DNA of 64,000 nucleotides from the NCBI RefSeq assembly GCF_009914755.1, contig NC_060927.1; one strand, written 5' to 3'. This document shows positions 15,920 to 30,189 of this stretch, piece after piece. Origin of the DNA: the human T2T-CHM13v2.0 reference genome, Homo sapiens. A model generated the notes under the pieces. The model saw nothing but the letters and a program-made list of their open reading frames with translations, made no database searches and was not told where the DNA came from. The stretch's first letter is position 1, and every line of letters begins with the position of its first letter. A program made the position numbers and the translations under genes.

Positions 15920-16859
15920 AAAGCAAACACTGCAAAAGGCTTTTATTTTATAGGCACCACTGCAAAATGAGGAATCACATCAAAACATATCAAATAGAAA
16001 ATAATAATTTATTTTAACTTCATTTTACTGTTTGTAACTAATCATGATTTTGTGAACTTGCCTGTATAAGTCTGTACCTTCAAATCTACAAAGCAAAAGT
16101 TTACTACAATGAGCACTTAAAATTCCACAAACCGTCTCCATCCACAACTTTCCTGTACATGCAAATTCTTTCAGTGGGCTGCAATATTTGCAAACATGCT
16201 TTAAACTTCCATAAAGATGCAAGATATTTTGCTTTCTGCTAAAACCTTTACACTCTCTTGGGAACCTTAACCAGGAAAATGTTTAAATGTATATCCCAAC
16301 TCTAAACGCTGCCGGTTTGGTTATATGTATTAAATCGTTAACCACCGGGTTGGGTGGTTTTGAGTTGAAACCTTCACCTAAATGATAATATCTTAACGGT
16401 CACGCATATGAAACACATTCAGTAACGTACCATTATAAAATAGGGTTCCATTAAAAATACATACTGGCAGTTGTATTTGTGTTTTAGGCAGGAAAAAAAG
16501 CGTGTTTAACTTTTTTATATGAATATAGTTTAAACAAGTTATTCTGTGAAAGTATGCTTAATAAAAGATCTTTCTGAAATTTAAACACTTTATGTAAAAG
16601 GGTACAGGTAGAAAAGTACAATTGCTATTTGAAAAAAGCTCTGTTTGTTAATATTGCCTTCCAAGATAGTAAGGGTGTTTTTCTCTCTCTTCCCTTAAAA
16701 TAGACCTATGACACCCAGAGTTGTAGGGTTTGCAAATTTGGACTATAAACATGAAGACCGTACTTATCTTATATACAAAAACTTGCCGCATTGAACGAGG
16801 CAGGAATTTCTACCCCAGTGGTAGTGGTCTCCTTTATGTACATAATGCAGAAGTGAAAA
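15920..16859 (-). other. PDZRN3: PDZRN3 3'UTR (3' end approximate)
   Basis: Follows the TAA stop at 16860-16862. AT-rich and repeat-free. Ends at AATAAA signals with GU/U-rich downstream elements. Confidence 0.8.
15942..16013 (-). terminator. Tandem polyadenylation signals (AATAAA at 16008-16013 and 15942-15947)
   Basis: Plus strand reads tttatt twice. Minus-strand downstream elements are TTTGATATGTTTTGATGTG and GTGTTTGCTTTTTTTCCCTTGGTTGTGGTTGT. Confidence 0.78.
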
Positions 16860-18480
<1,621 letters not shown>

Positions 18481-18926
18481 TCAGGTTTGACCTTTCCTTG
18501 CGGTTTCTGGATAGGGCAGGCTGTACATTTCTAAGGCCAAGGGACAGCATCTGACAGTAGGACCACGTCAATAGCGTGGGCCTTAGCTACACCTACCCGT
18601 ATCTACCTGGGCAAGTCACTTATTCTTGTTCTTGTCCTCAGTTTTGTAAAATGAGGATAATAGTCACTTTATCTCAATGAATGATTCTCAATGATTCTGT
18701 TAAATGAATCAGTACACAGGTAGAAGGATGTATAAAGGTCCTTGTTCAACTCAATAAGGACTCAATAAGTGGCTCATTAAGACTCTGACAATGGTAGTAG
18801 CATAGCAGGGAGCTAGAGAGCTCCAAGCAGCTCCTGTTAAACAGAGGGGATTGCTTTACTTTGGAAAACATGGCTTTTTGCAATCTATGGTAATGCCAAC
18901 GCATATGTTTTCCAAACAAATTATCA

Positions 18927-19322
<396 letters not shown>

Positions 19323-19719
19323 TCATGTTCATTTATGTTTTTTTAAAAATGACATTACCTTGGGGGAAAATATTTCTAGGGCTTCCTCCAAGAGTCATCA
19401 AAATGCAGTCTGCCCAATGATTTGCTGTTAAGTCAGGAAACTATCCAACCCTTACATTAAACAGACCTCCAACCCTACACTACATCTGGGGAAGTCTTTA
19501 ATATCCATGATTTTTTTTTTTCAGGGTGAAACTCTTTCATCCATCTCAGCTACCTTCAGTGCAGTAGGACACCTGTGTAGGAGGGTCAGGTAGATTTAGC
19601 TGGTCCACCTGCTTGCTGGACCAGACACGAGTTTAACAGGTCCCATAGAAAAATGATTTTCAGTGTGAAAAGAGTTCTTTCTGATACAGTAACTAGCTGT
19701 TTGGCTTGGGCAAGATATC

Positions 19720-19721
<2 letters not shown>

Positions 19722-19753
<32 letters not shown>

Positions 19754-20000
19754 AGACAGAATCTCACTCTGTCTCCCAGGCTGGAGTGCAGTGGCACGAT
19801 CTCGGTTCACTGCAACCTCTGCCTCCCGAGTAGCTGGGATTACAGGCAATGCGCCACTATGCCCAGCTAATTTTGGTATTTTTAGTAGAGATTGGGTTTC
19901 ACCATGTTGGCCAGGCTGGCCTCATCCTGACCTCAAGTGAACCTCCTGCCTCAGCCTCCCAACATGCTGGGATTATAGGCGTGAGCCACTGAGCCTGGCT
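19722..20000 (-). mobile_element. Alu (AluS) with ~30-bp internal deletion
   Basis: Long T tail and TSD gatatcacttt (19714, 20002). The right arm jumps from ctctgcctcc directly to cgagtagctggg. Confidence 0.92.
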
Positions 20001-20056
20001 GGATATCACTTTTAAGAGGCCTTTATCTGCCTTGCCCAAAAAAGAGTGAACTATTC

Positions 20057-20275
20057 AGAAGTTGGCACTCTATAGCCCATGGGCTGAATCCAGCCTGGTA
20101 TTTTTATAAATAATAATAAAAAAAGTTGAATGAGAACACAGCCATGCTCATTCGCTGACATAATTGTCTATGGCTGCTTTTGCACTAGAGTGACAGTCTA
20201 GCAGTCATGGCAGAGATGGTATGGCCACCCAAGTCAAACATTTACTATCTGGCCCTTTAAGAAAAAGTCTGTGAC
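20057..20275. mobile_element. MER58A-like hAT-Charlie MITE
   Basis: gaacacagccatgctcattcg...tgtctatggctgcttttgcact...atttactatctggccctttaagaaaaagt matches the recalled consensus. Confidence 0.75.
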
Positions 20276-20394
20276 TGTGGGTGAGATGATTGCTGAAGTT
20301 CCCTTTGAGCTCATGAGGCTCCCATCTGTGGAGAATCAGATGCCCCGTATGCCACTGTCTGTCTCTCGGCTACTTTTTCAATCGGGTTTCATAC

Positions 20395-20754
20395 TGATAT
20401 GGTTTGGCTGTCCCCACCCAAATCTCACCTTGAATTGTAGCTCCCATAAGTCCTACGTGTTGTGCGAGGGACCTCGTGGGAGATAACTGAATCATGGGGG
20501 CAGTTTTCCCCATACTGTTCTCATGGTAGTGAATAAGTCTCATGAGATCTGATAGTTTTATAAGGGGAAACCCCGTTTGCTTGGTTCTCATCTCTCTTCC
20601 CTGCTGCCACGTAAGACGTGCCTTTTGCCTTCCACCATGATTGTGAGGCCTCCCCAGCCATGTGGAACTGTGAGTCCATGAAACCTCTTTTTTCTTTATA
20701 AATTACCCAGTCTCGAGTATGTCTTTATCAGCAGCATGAAAACGGACTAATACA
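20395..20754 (+). mobile_element. THE1 (ERVL-MaLR) solo LTR, 360 bp
   Basis: TGATATGGTTTGGCTGT...GGACTAATACA termini (TG...CA) with a perfect 5-bp TSD catac (20390-20394 and 20755-20759). Confidence 0.93.
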
Positions 20755-21477
20755 CATACCTAAAGAGATCTACTACTGGATTGCCCTAGATGTGTTGCCG
20801 GAGCCATTCTAAGTGGATCAAGAGTGCCACCTGGGTGAGTTCATGATTCCTCCTGTGGAAGGAGTTATTACAACACAGAGGTTTCTGAATCAGATTACTT
20901 GGGCCTGAACCCCTCCCTGCTTTATCACCCTCCTTCTGGGCCTTTCCTGGGTAACTTTTGAATCTCTGGGAACTTCCATCTCCTGGGAAGGCTCTCCTGT
21001 GTGTAAAGTGCTCCACGGAGGGCCTAGCACTTATTCGGTGGTCATATCAGTTTTAATTATTTATCATTCAATGTTTCTTTTAATTTGAAAGAGCAAGTTT
21101 TAATTCCCCATACTCTGCTATTGTAAATGAAACCTGCACAGATCAAGGCTGGAACATATGTCAGGCCTTGGGAAGTCAAATGTCTTGACGTGACCCCGGT
21201 TGTGTTTTCCATTCAATTCTGTTTCCTTTTCCTTCCCTATGATCCCTGCATTAATGAACGTCGTGGGCCTGCAGTATAGATGCCAGGGTGGGCATCTAAC
21301 CAACCTTAAATGGCTAACTCATAAAGTGAATTCTGAATCACAGCAAGTTTGATTACATTTCCAGGGAACAAAGCACCTTCAAGTTCGCAGCCAATACTCA
21401 GGTGCTCTTTTGCAGGCCTGGGGATCTTTTGATTTTAGAAATATAGACCCAGTTTCATCTGTAGGAAGCCGATTTAC

Positions 21478-21579
21478 CTGGAGTTCAGGCCTTGCAATCA
21501 GCAATGAAAAGTTTTTATTTTCTTCACTGGTTAGAAGAGCCACAGCCTCTTCACGGTTCTGCACCTCTATCCCATTAAT
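21478..21579 (-). CDS. PDZRN3: PDZRN3 coding exon (probably exon 8; 102 nt): [34 protein letters not shown]
   Basis: AAG acceptor after a C7T10 tract and GTAAAT donor 21472-21477. Completes PDZ2. Phase 0-0. Confidence 0.94.
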
Positions 21580-22029
21580 CTTTTAAAAAAAAAAGGGGGG
21601 GTGGGGAGAGTGGGGAGACAAATAGCATGATTAGATGGTGCAAAATCATTCTATTTTATTTCAGACCTGCATTTGTCACCCACTCACAGTTAGAACATAC
21701 AACTTCCGTGTAGCTGGAAAAGAATACTGATGTTAGGAAGGAAAGGTCTTGCTCAGACCAGTGCAGTTTCTCTGGTCTATAAGGGAGCCTCCATGAGTAT
21801 AGTTCATGAGGTGACTGTGATGTGTGGGGTGTGAACAGAAGGGGCTGGACCTCCAGAAGACGGCACTGAGAAAAATCATAATGCTCTGCAGAGGGAACAT
21901 GGAAGCAATTAGACATAATATTCAGGCAGGAGTATATGTAGACATTATTGGATAATATAGAAGAAAAAGCAGCAAACTGAGGTTAAGAAAATGGAATAGA
22001 ATTATACATGGTGTTTTGTGTCCCCAGTT

Positions 22030-22441
22030 TGACACTTAAACTTCTTTGGGCCAGGCGGAGGGTCAAGTGGGCGTGACACTCTCACTATCACACTTGATTA
22101 ACCCTCTTGCAGGATTTTTGCTTGCATGTCCTGGTGACTTTGAGCCCTGCTGGTCTGGAGGTCTTAGTCCTGGTGGAACGCCGCCTCCAGGGGACACAGC
22201 AATGGTTCCACTGAATTGGAAGTGGAGGCTTCCACATGCCTCCTTACACTAGTGAGCCAACAGGCAGCAAAAGGGGTGACTCTATTGGTTGGAGTGATTG
22301 CCCTCAATTACCAAGGAAGATGGGCTTGCTGTGACACAGTGGAGGCAGGGAGGATTGTGTCTGGAACCTAGGGGATTCCTTGGAGTACCTCTGAGTGCTT
22401 CCATTCTCAGTAGTAAAGATTAATGGAAAACTCCAGCAATC

Positions 22442-22473
<32 letters not shown>

Positions 22474-22620
22474 CAGTATGCTGAGGACCCTGACCCTTCA
22501 GGTGTGAAGGTTTGGGTCACTTCCCTAGGGCAAGCGATCCTGAGCAGCACAGGTTCTGGCTGAAGGCTAGAGAAACCCAGAGTAGGCAGTGGAAGAAGAA
22601 AATCAAAATGACCTGTGGTG
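22030..22620 (+). mobile_element. ERVL internal fragment (dUTPase region), degenerate
   Basis: Frame-shifted peptides PAGLEVLV / GGTPPPGDTAMVPLNWKWRLP / SQQAAKGVTLLVGVIALNYQG / WNLGDSL...VVKINGKLQQ / DPSGVKVWVT / VLAEG are colinear with the recalled HERV-L dUTPase region. Confidence 0.82.
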
Positions 22621-22987
22621 AGGTATGCAATGAGAAAAACACAGTGGATTAAGAATGAGAGGATACGGATGAGAAGAGGTAGAAAGCTAAGCCTTGTGGA
22701 CACAATGAAGCCAAGAATTTCAATTCTGTGAGATTAAAGAAGGTTGTAGCCAAAAGAGACATGAATGGTCTCATTTGGACTAGACGGAGCAACAGGGCTC
22801 GAGGTCAAGTAATGACCCTTAGAAGCAATTCCAGGATGGTTAGATGTTGAGTCAGAAAATTTCTAAGACTTTTCAATCGATGCTGCTAAATTTGCCAAAA
22901 ATGTTCCCCTTTTATGGACGAGCCTCTGAAATGCTTGGTCCAAAGTTAATCTTTCAGAGAAATCTAAAACGAGAATTATTTTAGTTC

Positions 22988-23224
22988 ACAAGTTGTAAAC
23001 TGTTGGCCTGACTTTGGCTCACTGATGTTTGTTTTGATCCAAACAGAATGAAACAAAATAAGGAGAACTGGCTCAAATTTTGCAAGGCCCTCTTTGGAGA
23101 GAACATGCCCCATCTAGTTTGTCCCAGTCCTCACCACTCCCTCTTGCGTCTTATGACTCAGAGATAGCCTCACAATTAGTTTAACTTGTCTGGCCTCACT
23201 ACACATCTGCGTTTGTGATCCCTG
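22988..23224. mobile_element. hAT-Charlie MITE (MER102-like)
   Basis: Terminal aacttgtctggcctc...catctgcgtttgtgatccctg resembles the MER102 terminus. Confidence 0.5.
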
Positions 23225-23328
23225 TTCTTTAACTGCTTCTGCATTTTCAACCCTAGACCTATCATTAGAACCAGTTTGTTCTTTAGTGATAGGCCCATCA
23301 TGAGGCCATTGTTTGGAAGTGGACTTAC

Positions 23329-23391
23329 CTGGATAATGCGGTCTCCTTCTCGGATGCGCCCATCCTTGGCTGCAATGCTGTTAGGGTCAAT
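23329..23391 (-). CDS. PDZRN3: PDZRN3 coding exon (probably exon 7; 63 nt): [21 protein letters not shown]
   Basis: CAG acceptor 23392-23394 and GTAAGT donor 23323-23328. PDZ motif S-x-A-x-x-DGR-x-x-x-GD-x-I. Phase 0-0. Confidence 0.96.
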
Positions 23392-24148
23392 CTGAAACAC
23401 ACATGGACCATCTCAGCGCAAACGCAGACATGCATGAAAATAAGCAACAGCACTTTCAAAACCATTTCTAAAACACAGTCATGCTCACCCCTGTGTTTCT
23501 GTTTTGCACAGAAATAAACAAGACTTAGTGTCGTGCAAGGAGAGGCAAACATGAGCTGATCTGCTTCTAAGCCCTTTCTAGGGCTGGTTCTTGGATCCCT
23601 GTGTAGCAACCCTGTTACACAGCAGTGTGTGCAGGCTCTGCTGATCTGAGGAGGCACAGCTGACTTTTGTTGCATGCATGGTAATTAAAATCAAATCAAT
23701 GATGTAGAACAGGTTAAAGGATACCCTTCATTATGTGGACTAGCAACTATACCTTATTTTATACCAAATACTTGTATTAAAATTTGGAAAATAACTTTAA
23801 AATTGAAATATAATTGGGACAAGGGGGACTGGTAAGGGGAGGGATGTCCCCAAATGCAGAAAGGATGGGTTAACTTAAGCTTGGTGAATGACATACAACC
23901 AAAGAGATAATTATTAAGTCTAGTAGATCATTCTGTAGCGACAAATTTTATTTCCTGACAAAATTGGGTTTCTGTGTTTGCAAGGATGGGTGTGCACTGT
24001 AAAGTTTCCATACTGAAATCAGTTGATTTGTATTATCTTCTCAAGGAAGATCAAAACAGCGTGCATCTATGTAGTTTGATAAGTACATACAAGTCACATT
24101 TAACTTATATGAAGTCAACTATATATACTCCACCAAGAGAAAAAAAAA

Positions 24149-24151
24149 TGT

Positions 24152-24196
<45 letters not shown>
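24149..24196. repeat. Compound microsatellite (TG)14(AG)10
   Basis: Read directly from the sequence. Confidence 0.97.
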
Positions 24197-24517
24197 GCTT
24201 TAAAAAGTGTAAGTGATTCCATCCACCATTCCACTCAATGAACACGAGTTGGGAAATGTGAATCTGCTCTTCCCTTGGGGCTAAACACACAAAACCATGT
24301 AAACGGCTCCATTTTATGGCTGATTTGCAGGCTTCTCAAGGGTAATTTTGCCATAAGTACTGGCATTAGAACTTAACCTCCGTGGAAAGATGCAGCGCCA
24401 TGGAGTGTGATGAGGGGGACAGAATAATTTGTGTCTTTCCAAAGAGATCTTGATGAGGTGGGTTAGGGTTGGTGAACATGAAAAAAAAAAACCCTTTTGG
24501 TCTTGATACGATAGTTA

Positions 24518-24640
<123 letters not shown>

Positions 24641-26428
24641 CTAGACAAAGAAAGGCATTCCCAGTGAGACTCCAGCAGGCAATGCGAGTTGAGGGGATGT
24701 CAAATGCTTTAAAAATATTATCTTCAAATGAGGAACTGGATTTCTTTGCATTCAACTGTGTAGGGCCGGTTAACTTACTAAACAAAAAGTGATTATGGAC
24801 ACAGGATCAATGCCTACGGCATTTCTGACCTTTCACTCAATATAAAGTCATTTTGAAAATAGTTATTTCATTGATCCCCCAAAGAAAAATTACCCATATT
24901 TCACTCAGCGTCAAGACTTCTGGGGCAGGGCTTTTCAAAAACACTTTTTCAATGTCTGCCACAAACAAGAATATTTCCATACCCCAAACCACCCAGCCAT
25001 TTCAGTACAAATGTTTCCAATGTGTTTGGTTAGATTATTTCACATTGCGTTCCCTTAATATTCACAGTCATAGAACTTGCAAACAGATTACACATAAATT
25101 GATCCAAGAAAGGAGGGTAATGTGATAGCGTGCAATTAATGTTCTCCACAACAGCTGTGATATTTACAGTTGAGAAATTAGTTTCAGCCGCTATTACTGC
25201 AAATTAAATAAGAGAAAAGCAAAGTGAGCCCAAATGTGGGATACATGCTATTGTATTTGCCAGTTAGTCTGTGCTTCAGAATGAAGTCAGAACTTTGGAA
25301 ATTGTTGGAGCCTTAGGGTGCCATCCTGGGGCTCTCAGTGTAACCAGGCTAAGTCACTCCCCCGCCCACTCTGCCAATGACTTGTGCAAGTTTTTGTAGC
25401 TCCAAGCTGCAAGCCTATTTGAAGGGCCACGTGATAAGTTCTCCGGTAGATCCTTTGGTCTAATTTTTAGTGTTATCTGCTCACCAAGCAGGAGAATGGA
25501 GGGGCTCTGAGATGGGGTCTTCGTGCCACTTTATCTGGGGACTATTTCCAAGTGGTCTCTCTCAAGGGTCTTCTTAGCGGGGAAGGAGAATGCAGCTGTC
25601 TATGCGGAGAAGCTCAAAGCAGTTATTTGGAAGATACTTCTTGAACTTTCCCCGATGAAAGGCGGGTGCCAGGCGCCACGGACACTTCCCAGGTGGAGCA
25701 ACAGCAGGTGCAAAAGCCCTAGGCCAGCATGGCCAGAGCCCCATGTTCAAGGAAGAGAGAAGTGGGCTGAGGGTGGCCAGGTGGCAGAGCTAGACCGGGC
25801 AGGGCCCACAGGCCAGCATGAGTAGCTAAGATTTTATTTCAACATAATGGGAACCCATCAAAAGGTTTTAAGTGAGGACTGCCATGATCTTAACGACTTT
25901 CAGCAGTCTGTCTTGCTGATATATGGGGTATAATGTGGTGGGGAAGAGTTGGAACTGTAAAGACAGATGTTCAGATCCCAACTCTCCCTCTTTCTAGCAG
26001 CTCGATCATGAGCTTGTTATTATATCTAAGGTCCGTGTCCTCACTAGTACCTGCCATCCTGCCTCCCAGAGTCACCAACATGAGGCACACAAGAGCTCTT
26101 AGCACATTGACTGCCCCATAGAAAGTCCACGGTCACCAGTAGTATAATAATTACATGCAGGTATGGTTACTTCCCTGAAGTCACAAGAAGTTGTTTGTGG
26201 CAGAGTGGGTATATTTCAGTGCCCCTCTTACTAAGATTATTTTCTGAACACCAATATGTTAATTAATTCAACAGCTTCCTAATTATAGCTCTAGCAATAT
26301 GGTAAGTTCTTATTAAATGAAACCCCATTAATTTCTGATAATTAAGTGGGTTTAAGGGTCATATTTAACAATGAGAGCAAGCCTAAATACTTGGGTTTCC
26401 AAATACTTTGGAATAACCAATTTGCATA

Positions 26429-26504
26429 CCACAAATATACTAGTCATACATCATCCTCTTATGTTTCCACAAATATACTAGTCATACATCATCCTCTTAT
26501 GTTT
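26429..26504. repeat. Perfect 38-bp tandem duplication
   Basis: ccacaaatatactagtcatacatcatcctcttatgttt x2. Confidence 0.97.
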
Positions 26505-26865
26505 CAAACACATCCCCCTGTCTCTCTTAGGGTACACTTCATTTGAATATGCATAAGAGGGAACACTTTTTCAGTTTTGACATTTCCTCAAGGTTAGTGT
26601 GAATCAACGAAATATCACGACGGTTTAGGTCCAACTGCACAGATGTAGCTCGCCCAGTGCTACCCCTGCAGGAGACACATCTTGCTGAAACAGGTCCACG
26701 TGCAACCCAAGCAGAGAGAGCGAGCAGTGGGAAGATTGTAGGAAGAAAAATGAGAAAGACAAGAAATGTTGATAATTCAAGTTGCAACTTTTTCTGAATG
26801 GCTGGCCGCCAAGGTGACTATCTTTCAAGGAAGTACAGAAGATTCTACAGTTCTACTGGACTTTC

Positions 26866-26893
26866 TACTACTACTACTACTACTACTGCTACT
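26866..26893. repeat. (CTA)n microsatellite
   Basis: Read directly from the sequence. Confidence 0.9.
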
Positions 26894-27105
26894 CAAAGCG
26901 TGCTTCCTGGTCATGACGAGGTGAGCACAGAAATTGAGGGAAGTGTTCAGAAACCTCTATAGCAGCTGGACATTGTCATGATAACCAAGGGCATGATTAG
27001 CAGACTTGTCTCACTGGACAAGGTGTAGACCAGTTCAGGTGTTGGTGAACGCGTCGCAGATGGGGTGAGTTACACAGTCACACACAGTAGGACCGTGTAT
27101 TGGTT
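26887..27105 (+). mobile_element. Charlie4a-like hAT DNA transposon fragment
   Basis: tgctactcaaag...acagaaattgag...gaaacctctatagca...gacattg...tagaccagttcagg matches the recalled Charlie4a left end. Confidence 0.55.
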
Positions 27106-29464
27106 AGAGACAGACTGAAAAGTAAACAAACCAGCCAACCTGGTCCTTGTGGCTTTTCAGTACAGTCTGACAAGCACAACTCTGTAATACACTTCTAGAT
27201 TTGAGTGTTCCATTTGAGAGGTGTAAGGTATGAGTATTTTCGTTCCTTGCTTGTATTTCTTGCTTGTATTCAAGCAAGAAAAAGACTCCTAAAGAATGTG
27301 ATAGTGACGCTCTGTTATGTAGAAAACGATTAGATTTATTTGGCCTACTACCAAACATGTAGGTGGCCTGATATCACGAGATTTTAGAATACAGTTTTGA
27401 TAAAACCTAACCTGAAAAGCATTTCTGTTCTATCTTTTGTCAGTATTTTGATTGACAGAGATTTGGAGGACTGTTAAGCTACAGAGTAGTTGACATTGTT
27501 CATGTTGCTAATCATGATTTTTCTGTACATTTTTCCTTCTGAATCTGTCAATTCCTCCAACAAATCTTTATGACTTTTTTTTTTAATCAGGGAGAAAACT
27601 TTCTTAGAACAAAGTTTCAGGCTGCAACAGAAGATATTCAAAACATTTATTGCTTTAAGATATTTTCATCTGAATCAAGAACCACTTACGCTTCCTTCCT
27701 TACACACTTTTTATACGTTGCCACTAACCTCACCTGTGTTTAGTAAATTAGTAATCGATTCTCCATAAATGCAGTTTGATATTTTTGCACGGGAGAGAAG
27801 AGGGTCCAATTAATAGTTCTGTTCCCAGTTAGTGTTCATTTTAGAACACATACTCCCTCACAATAGCAGAATGGCGTAGAGCCCAATGCTGCGTTTAGCC
27901 TTCAACACCCATCATAAATCCTCTCAGAACAAACCGTCATGGGGACAGTCACATTCTCAGCTGGATCTTTAAAACAGACATAAGAATGGCAGTGTTCTAC
28001 TTCAAGGGCAGCACTCCAGGAGCAGTTTTCTATCTTAGAAGTGGTCTGTGTTATCAAAGGATGAGTGATATTGGATGAACAAATGCTGGTGAAGCACATT
28101 TCCAATAATAAAAAAGCAAAGGGTATTCTGGAGCTTACTCTAGGTATTTACTTGACGTGGATGTGAGACAGGATGGTGTGGGCTATAATATTTCCTTGCC
28201 TTATCTCTGGCCCTTCTTAGGAACTCTAAACAAAAGCTAGAAAAGCTTCATTTAGAAGGCACAGGATACCACTTAGCCTTGGTCATTTAATTTTCAAGGG
28301 ATGGTTCAACATCACAGAGAAGAATCTGGTTGCTGACAGTTAAGCACAGAGTGATCCATAATAGGCTTTCAGAAGCTCTTGAAAAACAACAGTGTAAGAG
28401 CTGGTATTGCCTCTGGATCTGTACGGATTTATGGTTTACCTTGTTTTCTTATAAAGATTACAGTAAGGCAATAGTAGCTGAATGATGAATTGTGCAATGA
28501 AAGCAGTGTCTAGATTTGTATGCTGTGCACAGTAGGTGCTCAATAAAATTGAATGAATGAGCTTGAGAGTCCAAGGCAGGATGATCCAAATGAAAAACCA
28601 GTTTGGCTCCATCTGTAATGAGGGAGGTTGCCTTGAGCAAGTCATTGAACTTCGACAAACTTAGCCATTCTGTGGTTTTAAAACAAAATACAGTATTTTG
28701 GGGCTCAGTGGAAAGTAAAATTCCTCAAACTTACTGGGTGGTTTGTAAATTCTCAGCATTTCTGTGTGACTCTCATCTAGTTTTACACAATTAAGCATAT
28801 TGCTGAAAGCATAGAAGTTATCAATATGTTATCTGTCTGTGATGGAGATAAGATTTCAAAGAAGACTATTAATCAAACTGGTATGAATAATGTAGTAGCA
28901 TTATCTGGATTACAGCTACCCCTGTTACTGGTATCTTGTTGCTTACTGGTCTAGATGGACTGTTGATAAAAATGAACAGTTAAGCCTGACATTTCAGAGG
29001 AAATTGAAACGATATTCCAATGAAGAGTATTAAGAGGGCCATTCCACCTTGTTGATTCAAACTCTCTGTTGCAGCATCAGCTACCTTAATTAAAGGGGAT
29101 CTCAAAGACTAATTTCAATGCTTTATCCACCTCCAGGAAGACTGGCCACTAAAGCATAACTCTTCAACTTACTGGTCCAGGTTGCTGTGCACATTTAAGT
29201 TATCTCAACAGTTTCTGTATCTAGTCATGGTGCTATGTGGGATACAGAAATATCTTTAAAGACTGCATTTTCCCTCAAGGACCTTATGTTTGAGATAGGG
29301 TAACAAGGCATTTTATTCCTTCATTCAAAAAATATTTCCTGGGTGCCTACTATATGCCAGACATGGTCTAGGCAAAAGGAATATACAGTAAATGAGTTAG
29401 ACAAGAGTCCAGCTCTTAGGGAGCTTGTATTCTAGTGGGGAAGAAAGACAAGAAGTAAATAATG

Positions 29465-29755
29465 GGCCGGGTGCAGTGGCTCATACCTGTAATCCCAGCA
29501 CTTTGGGAGGCCATTGCAGACAGATCACTTGAGGTCAGGAGTTTGAGACCAGCCTGGCCGACAAGGCGAAACCCTGTCTCTACTAAAAATACAAAAATTA
29601 GCCAGGTATGGTGGCACATACCTGTAATCCCAGCTACTTGGGAAGCTGAGGCAGGTGAATTGCTTGAACCTAGGCGGCTGCGGTGAGCCAAGACTGCACC
29701 ACTGCACTCCAGCCTGGACGACAGCAAGACGCAGTCTCAAAACAAACAAAAAAAA
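29465..29755 (+). mobile_element. Alu (AluSx/Sz-like) inserted in an L2 fragment
   Basis: Full dimer with TSD aagtaaataat (29453-29463 and 29756-29766). Flanks are L2-like (cattcaaaaaatatttcctgggtgcctactatatgccag...). Confidence 0.93.
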
Positions 29756-30189
29756 AAGTAAATAATAGTACTGGTGGCATAGGGATGCTTCAGAGAGTAG
29801 CCAGGGAAGATCCTCTGGAGAGATGACATTTGGGAAAAGATTGAGGCATGTAACGATCTGGGGCACTGCCACGCAGGCCGAGGTAGGTCCTGGTTTGCAG
29901 GCATAGTACAAAAAATGGCAAAGACCCTGATTACACAGGAAAAGTAATGAGGAAGCCACTTCAATCCAGGATGGGGCTGACCAGGAAAGGTTCCCTAGAT
30001 CTATTCCTTGTCCTGTGCCTCAAAGGCTAAAGAAAAAAATTCTAGACTGGCTGGGGCATCCTGCATAATCTCCAGGTCAATCCTGGTTCCCTTCTGATAT
30101 ACTTAGCTTCCTCTATGAAACCAGGTTTGGAGAGCATTTTAGTCTCCTATTGAAATTGTAGTTTTCCTTTCCTTTCTGGTCTCAGAATT

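Noticed and set aside
26560-26790. Possible cryptic minus-strand exon or hydrophobic signal-peptide-like ORF (26539..26787)
   Set aside because: Non-ATG start. The hydrophobicity comes from a T/C-rich tract, and no convincing donor was found.
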